Below the pieces are notes generated by a model that was given only the letters and a program-made list of their open reading frames with translations, had not been told where the DNA came from and made no database searches. This document shows, piece after piece, positions 56,255 through 64,000 of a stretch of 64,000 bases of DNA (its first letter is position 1; each line of letters starts with the position of its first letter). This DNA comes from Octopus vulgaris (Eukaryota). The DNA is taken from the NCBI GenBank assembly GCA_951406725.2, contig OX597818.1, positions 33,046,001 through 33,110,000 on the forward strand, in the 5' to 3' direction. The translations under genes were made by a program, and so were the position numbers.

Positions 56255-57044
56255 ATTATTATTATTATTATCATGGTCACGACTGAAACGCTTATGGTGA
56301 TATCGTCTACTGCTACTGCGACTACAATGACTATTAGTTACACTGCTGCTGCTGAAAGTAATTTCTTTGATCCTCCTGCCTCACTTAAATATTTCATTTG
56401 CCTACTTTCGTAGAAGTGAGATTAATGTCTTTATATTTACACAGAAGAAAGAGACATCAGTCACTGGCTTCTCAATCTGCCAGTCTTTTTCAAGTGCAAG
56501 TTCAAATTACACTTCTATATATCTATATCATAAAGACGTTGTTTGGAGAGCTGTAAGTGTATAGATGATATTTTCATTCTGCCTTCAACGGCAAGATACT
56601 ACCCTGTATATCACACGTTACTATCACCTTCCTGTATTACTTATACACGCCGACTACATTTTGAAGATTAGAACTGATAAAATCTAAATGAATCAATCAA
56701 TAAACAAATAAAAATTAAAATGAAATAAAACATAGCTAAAGAAGATAAGTCAACGAATAAAATAAATCTGGAAAACCATTTATTTATTTCCACGTGCTTA
56801 AAAAGAAAAAAAAAATGATTTCAAATCCAGTGGCGAAGTAAAGACTGACGTATATTGAAAACTAAGTTAAATAAATTGTATGTCACTAGTTTGCTACTGA
56901 GGCGGTTGCTGTTGCTGTTATGGTTCTTTCTTTTAGCTCTCGGTGAGACTTGATTGAAGAGACATGCGATTAAAGGCATTTCAAGCATGACCGTTATCTC
57001 ATAATATTCTTCAGACGTACTGTACCTGAATTTGCTTTATCCAA

Positions 57045-57450
57045 TACTCTTTACTCTTTTACTTGTTTCAGTCATTTGACTGCGGCCATGCTGGAGCACC
57101 ACCTTTAGTCGAGCAACTCGACCCCGGGACTTATTCTTTGTAAGCCCAGTACTTATTCTATCGGTGTCTTTTGCCCAACCGCTAAGTGACGGGGACGTAA
57201 ATACACCAGCACCGGTTGTCAAGCAATGCTAGGGGGACAAACACAGACACACAAACATACACACACACACTGATATATATATACATATATACGACAGGCT
57301 TCTTTCAGTTTCAGTCTACCAAATCCACTCACAAGGCATTGGTCGCCCCGGGGCTAGAGCTGAAGATACTTGCCCAAGATGCCACGCAGTGGGACTGAAC
57401 CCGGAACCATGTGGTTGGTTAGCAAGCTACTTACCACACAGCCACTCCTG
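57045..57450 (-). mobile_element. SINE family A, full length
   Basis: Colinear with the other copies. Confidence 0.9.
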
Positions 57451-59063
57451 TCACTTTTGAAAATGCTTGAGTGCGATCTGAGGGAGCATTAGCTGCTTTT
57501 TCTAACTGATGGAGCGACTAAGTTGATCCTTCCACCGCTTTTATGAAGTTAGTCTGGTGAACATAAAATTCAGGTTAGCGCAGATCAAGTAAAGTTTTTG
57601 CACAAATGTGTTCCAGGCATGACTACCATGTTATTTACTTCACACCTCTAAAATTTCGTCATCGAATGTGTCCTTCCATATTTTTAAGACGTTAAAGTTT
57701 AATTCAAGATAAATTTCGCTACTATTTCGAAATTTACAGTTCTCCATTAACTTAGGACTTGTTTGTTATTTCATAACGTAAACTTAGAAGGAACATTCAA
57801 TAGACTACGGGCATTTACTTTTATATTAATGCCATACCCTTAATTCTATGATGCATAGCTCGTTTCTGGAAGTGTTATGTGATTAATCAGAGTTCTGTTA
57901 CTGTGATTTTTTCCATCTCTTTGAATCTTGAGTTAAGAATAAGCATTTCTTTCAAATTTTGGCACAATGTCAACAATACTCAACTGGCACTACCATAAGT
58001 AATTTAAAGAATATTCCTGCAGTGAGGATAGATTTGGGCCTCGTAAAAATTAATTCGTGTGGGTTCTTGGCGAGGAATATTACACATAAAAACAACGAAT
58101 ACATTCACCGGGAAAACTCATAGTGTAAAATGTGTACAGGTTACACTTTTAAATGCCCCTTTATTCGTAGTTTAGAAATGCTCAAAATGTGTATAGATCA
58201 TTATGTTACACCTACATGTATTACATGCAAAGACATACCTATGCGTTACGGAACAACCCAAAGTTACTCTACGATTTTCACGAATGCTGAATTCAGTGAC
58301 GCAGATACGGCTGCACGCACACACACACACATACACACACACACGCGTACACATGCACACACACACACACACACACGTTCATATGCAAGCACACATGCAC
58401 ACACACACGTTCATATGCACGCACACATGCACACACACGCACACACACGTTCATACGCACACACACATACATACATAATACATATATATATACATTGCTT
58501 ATGATGGGTCAGGTCTCAAGTGGTTCGCTTCTTGAAAAAAATTCCCTCTGGTCACTGTAGATTCTATCGAGCATATTGAACGAGTATATGGAGGAAATAC
58601 TTAGGGATGTTTTCTGCTAGAAATAAAACATATAGTAAAGTGTAAGTAAACAGACTGAGCCTAACAAGTTTTAGTTAATTTAAAATTACACCTGCTGCTA
58701 TGAAGAAATTACTGTTTCTTCATAAAGAATAAACAAACATGTTGCTTCTTTATATTAGTCCGTGCCATTTCTGTCACGGGAATATTTTCTCCCAAGTTAG
58801 TCCTGGTGCATCATACTCAAAATATTTTAATAACACTGGGTTTAACTTTAGACTTGAAAGCTGAAGTCTAGGGCCATGAAATCTACAATCACCAACATTG
58901 GGATGTAGTATTTTTGATACTGTTCATAGATCTTTTGGGAGGAGCTTTACAAGTGTTATAATGTGAGGTAGCTTTACATTTGAAATCCGTCGCTGTCTTT
59001 TAGAATGCAATTAAGGCATTACCTTAGTGACCAGGCAACCTTTTTATTAGTCTATCTAGCATT

Positions 59064-59274
59064 TTTTTCTACTCTCGGTACAAGGCCCGAAATTTTTTGG
59101 GGAGGGGGCCAGTCGATTAGTTCGATCCAGTACGCAACTGGTACTTAATTTATCGACCCCGAAAAGATAAAAAGCAAAGTCGACCTCGGCGGAATTTGAA
59201 CTCAGAACGTAAAGACAGAGAAAATACCACTAAGCATTTCGCCCGGCGTGCTAACGATTCTGCCGGCTTGCCGC
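59064..59274 (-). mobile_element. SINE family B
   Basis: Colinear with 5061-5274. Confidence 0.9.
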
Positions 59275-60656
59275 ATTGAGCAGTCTAACTGTACACACAC
59301 ACACACACACACTTATACATGCGTACATATAGATACGTATAGACATATATACACCTATATACACCTATATACACGCATGCATGTATATGCATGTATATAT
59401 ATATATATGTATACACACTGTTAGACTCTTTTGTCTTGTTACTATTTATCCCAACAAATATTTATATAACTTCTCGCTCCCTACATGCCATCCCGCCCGG
59501 ATTTCTCATACAAAGCTTTCTCTCCCTCTCACTACCATTATTTCTCTGATTCTCTCTCTTGCTCTCATATAATACTCCCCATTCTATCTCTCTCTCTCTC
59601 TCTCTCTCTCTCACTCACTCTTTCTTTCTCTCTCATCATCTCTCACTCACTCTCAGCCTTTCTTTCCCTGTAGCTCTATGACTCCTAGTTTTTTTTTCTC
59701 TCAACTCCCATCGTTGCCATTGCTACAACTCATCTGTGTTATATTCAAACTTATTCCAACCGTGTTTCTTGTCAAGCGTGAACAGATGCTCGCATGTGAG
59801 AAAAAGAGGCATTTCATTTTGGCCAAATGGTAAACTAAAGATCACTTCAAATCTTCCCACATAGTTTCCTGTTTTTCTCGTTTAAGCACATTAACTATCC
59901 CTCCTTCCTGTATTCCATCAAGCCACTCTTAGTTACTCTCATTCTTTCTTCTTCCTTCCTTCATCTCTCTCTTCATCTCTTTCTTTCTATATTTATTCGC
60001 GTCATTCTCCAATTTTCTATTTTTGTTTCTCCTCTTTCGTTGTTTTACTCTTTCCTTGTTTTACTTCATTTTTTGCGTCCTTCATTCTTTCTTTGTTGCC
60101 TTTCGTTTACCCTCCTGCCTTTCCTTTTCTTCTTTGAATTACTGTTTTCTCTTTTAAATTTAAATTTTTATATGTTAGCCATCTTCTGTTTGTTCTCAGC
60201 GCAAAAGATCTTCTCACTGACTTCATGTTTTGCTATTCATTCTTCCATTTTTTTCTCATCCTTCAACAATGAACTCTACTCTCCACCATACTTCTCTTTC
60301 CTTAATTTCATTCAATGTTTTTGAGCTTTTTTGCCTGTGTTTTCGTTTTTTTCATTGCTATATCAACTCATAGAAAGAAGAAACTAAAACACAAAATACA
60401 CAAGAAACTAAATACATAGACATCCAATTGCGCATAATTTTTTCTTACTGACAGACACGCACACATTTACCTACAATCTTAGATGAAAGACCCAATAATA
60501 TTAAAAAGCCTGTGCCTCCATGGTAATATATTAATATAATTAGTATATTACTAATATAATAGTTTACGCAGCAGGTGATTCCATTTGTCACATTTTCGAT
60601 AGAGATCATACACTCAAAAATGCTTTCTTTTGAGAATATCAAACAACAATGATTGC

Positions 60657-60707
<51 letters not shown>

Positions 60708-61333
60708 CATTATTATGAGTTTAGCATCAAAATACACACATAAACCCACATTCTATCTTAACATCTCTGTTAATTCTATGTCTCTTGACGTTTACAAAAA
60801 GAAGTCATCACATCAATTAACTTTATTCATCTTTATTACACGCAGAGAGAGAGAGAGAGAGAGAGAGAGCGTGATAGATCACTATGTCCGCAAAGCGCGG
60901 AAGAGCATTTGTTCATCTTTTTAGCAACGTCCACTTACGTTCAGTGTTGAAACTAACCGTAGACGACCTGGCTTTGTATGTTTTGGGAATCGGCGAATTA
61001 AGTGCAAATCAAATACCAGCATCAATTTAATTAAATATATCTTTCAATGCATGAATTGGTTAGAAACACCATTACTCCATACACAGATGTGTTGCAATTA
61101 GAATACACCTCAGATCAAATCTTATCATATTCGAATTTGAGATTCATCCCTCTGGAGTTGATAAATTCTATTGTATTCAAGAATTTAGTTAGAGTATCTT
61201 CTGTTGTACTTGTATGTTTGTGCATCTGTAAAAAACTAATATCATATGCTACAGATGTCATACCCGTAATATAATATACATGTATTGCATACAATCATAT
61301 TTAGATTCAGGTATACATACATGCATTTACACA

Positions 61334-61375
<42 letters not shown>

Positions 61376-61529
61376 GATTTGTCTCAAGAAAATCCTTTCT
61401 TAGTGGTAAGACCATAGCGGGGCGTCTACTTCTAGCATAATGGATGTCCCCTTAGTGGTCATCCCCCTTATATCTATATAAGCAATGTATATATATATGT
61501 ATTATGTATGTATGTGTGTGTGTGTGCGT

Positions 61530-61603
61530 GTGGAAGGATCAACTTAGTCGCTCCATCAGTTAGAAAAAGCAGCTAATGCTCCCTCAGATCGCACTCAAGC
61601 ATT
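61530..61603 (-). repeat. Exact 74-bp inverted copy of 57462-57535
   Basis: Base-for-base reverse complement, directly after a (TG)n tract. Confidence 0.92.
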
Positions 61604-62354
61604 ACATGATACTTTCAAGGTAATTTTTCGTTAGACATGCCACTTAGAAAGTCCCGCGTGCCAGAGGTTATCCATGACTGCTGTATATGTAGAAGAAGTT
61701 ATAAAAATTCTGGAGCGCCAATCTGGAGTATCAGGAAAGATTGCATCAATTCAACATCTTATTCACCCCTAATTTTTTCTGGCGCTTTTATCTGTCATTG
61801 AAAAAATATCAATATTCAGCTTACTGACAGAAGCTAATGATGTCGAAAAAAAAGTTAAACAAAAACATAGGTTAACAACACACCTATGTATTTGGAGCAA
61901 TACTTAAAATTAACTCAGATAGAAAGCTGGTAGAATCGATAGCACCCTAGGCAGAATGCTTTACGTTCTGAGTTCAAATTCCACCGAGGTTGACTTTGCT
62001 TTCATTATGATTATTTGATTTTGGAATCCTAGCACAGAATAAACAGTGATATTGCGGGCAGTAAATTAAGGTATTCATTTTCTTGGCCTTTAAAATAATA
62101 CCGTTTTTCAACAGACATAAAATAATTGTCCGGTATCCAGTCATTGGGCTTGAAGTCATTGTGTTTTTCTCATAGAAAACTTAAAATAACTGCCTGTTAT
62201 TTGGTCTTTCGGTTCCTTCATATCAATGGAATAAGAAAGGGCATAAGAAACGTAAAGTGTATTTCCAAACATTATAGCTCTTTTGGTAGCATTTTTATTA
62301 GCCAGTGTAGATAATTTATTCAGAATATATATTCTGAAATATTTAGAAATGTTG

Positions 62355-62560
62355 ATTTCAAATTTTGGCACCAGGCCAGCAATTTTGGGGAAGTTGGGCA
62401 AGTCAGTTGCCTCAATCCCAGTGCTGAAGTGGCACATTTTTATCGACCACGAAAAGAACGAAAGGCAAAATCGATCTCCGTGGTATTTGAACTGAGAACG
62501 TACAGTCGGATGAAATACTGTTATGCATTTTTACCGGCTCGGTAAACATTCTGCCAGCCC
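62355..62560 (-). mobile_element. SINE family B, degenerate
   Basis: Diverged match. Confidence 0.7.
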
Positions 62561-62774
62561 ACAGCACTGATATATACAAATGTTGATATGTAATATGAGA
62601 CTTTTATTGTTCTAAACAAAATATAAAGGAATAATGAAGGAATATTTAAAAATAGTCATACTCCTCGAAATCCCAAGTTACATACGCATTTGTTGCCGGA
62701 GTGATATTTTTATATTTTGTAACAGCTGAGACAAGAAGGAAATTCCAGCGCCCATGATATTTCTTTATACTTTT

Positions 62775-63007
62775 AAGGCGGCGAGCTGGCAGAAACATTA
62801 GCACGCCGGGCGAAATGTGTAGCCGTATTTAGTCTGCTGTTACGTTCTGAGTTCAAATTCCGCCGAGGTCGACTTTGCCTTTCATCCTTTCGGGGTCGAT
62901 AAATTAAGTACCAGTTACGCACTGGGGTCGATTTAATCGACTTAATCCGTTTGTCTGTCCTTGTTTGTCCCCTCTGTGTTTAGCTCATTGTGGGTAGTAA
63001 AGAAATA
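62775..63007 (+). mobile_element. SINE family B monomer with a 19-bp TSD
   Basis: TSD gatatttctttatactttt at 62756-62774 and 63008-63026. Confidence 0.92.
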
Positions 63008-63639
63008 GATATTTCTTTATACTTTTTTCAGTGCTTCCCCACAAGTTTGTGGTAAGAATGGTACTAGTTATACTCGAGCCAGAGCCCGGTCTGGATATTT
63101 GTAAGAGAGTCAACAACGTTAAACGAAGCCCTCCGGTGCTAAACCCGTCGATTGATTAACTATATCAATTCAATAACTCCAAATACAAAGAAACGGAATA
63201 AATACCGAATAATATTTCGCCTGGTGCTCTAACATTTCAGCCAAAACAATACTATTGATAAGAAGATTACTTTATGAACTCCGGACCCCAAAAAGGAAAA
63301 ATTGAACTTTGCGTGATTTGAACTCAGAACTGGACGTCGTTTTGTCCTACTCTCTAACAATTCTGCCAAACCGTTTAGAAACAGATTTGAAAACATTAAT
63401 GTAGACGTGAGCTACTGTCACCAAAAGAATTTAGTTATCATCGACTGAGACAACTACAAAACTGTTGTCAATTAGCAGTAGCAGCATCAAAGCAGCAACG
63501 CAAAAGCAACATTGCAGCAACGGTAACTCGGTGGCATCGGCACCAGTGGATGCAGTGGAGCGGTGGCTATGGCGACAGTGATGAACTGGAGTCAGCCGTT
63601 TGGCGTGGGTGACGGTGACGCTGGCGAGCGAGCGGCAGC

Positions 63640-63972
63640 GGCGAGACGGAGGTGGTGGTGGCGGTGGTGGTGGTGGCGGCGGCGGGCGAGTGGTGGTGGT
63701 GGTGGTGGTGGTGGTGGTGGAGATGGTAGTGGTGTTGATGGTGGTGAAGGTGGTGATGGTGGTGGTGATGGTGGTTGTGGTGGTGGTGGTGGTGGCGGCG
63801 GGTGGTGGTGGTGGTGGTGATGGTGGTGGCGGCGGGGGTAGTGGTGGTGGTGGTGGTGGTGGTGATGGTGGTGAAGGTGGTGATGGTGGTGGTGATAGTG
63901 ACTATTGTGGTGGTGATGGGGGTTGTGTTGGTGGTGGTGGTGGCGGTGGCGGTGGTGGTGGTGGTGGTGGTT
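63640..63972. repeat. (GGT)n-rich low-complexity tract
   Basis: Direct reading. Confidence 0.95.
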
Positions 63973-64000
63973 TGCGACTATTGGCAGATAGATTGTGGTA

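Overview
AT-rich, microsatellite-saturated animal non-coding DNA (intron or intergenic). The SINE families and repeat landscape look like a coleoid cephalopod, most likely Octopus; this comes from recognition, not a database search. I can support no intact protein-coding gene, and almost all ORFs in the track are translations of simple repeats. The window holds many tRNA-derived SINEs, a mariner-derived element with long TIRs, a 3' fragment of an R4/Dong-type LINE in (TAA)n, a possible Helitron-like element and several fold-back palindromes. The main result is a cluster of predicted self-cleaving RNA at about 34.2-39.4 kb. (1) A nearly homogeneous array of about 6.5 x 357-360-bp units carries one type I hammerhead ribozyme per complete unit (CCGACGA...GAAAC-CATG-GUC). 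The array starts at the predicted cleavage site, is preceded by an inverted partial copy and ends in (TA)n, which fits a non-LTR retrozyme that could produce circular RNA. (2) A second, divergent hammerhead unit lies right next to it. (3) A ~1.2-kb nested palindrome contains four minimal Penelope-type hammerheads. (4) A circularly permuted (type II-like) hammerhead occurs twice, with a covarying stem I. All structures were folded by eye and none has been tested.
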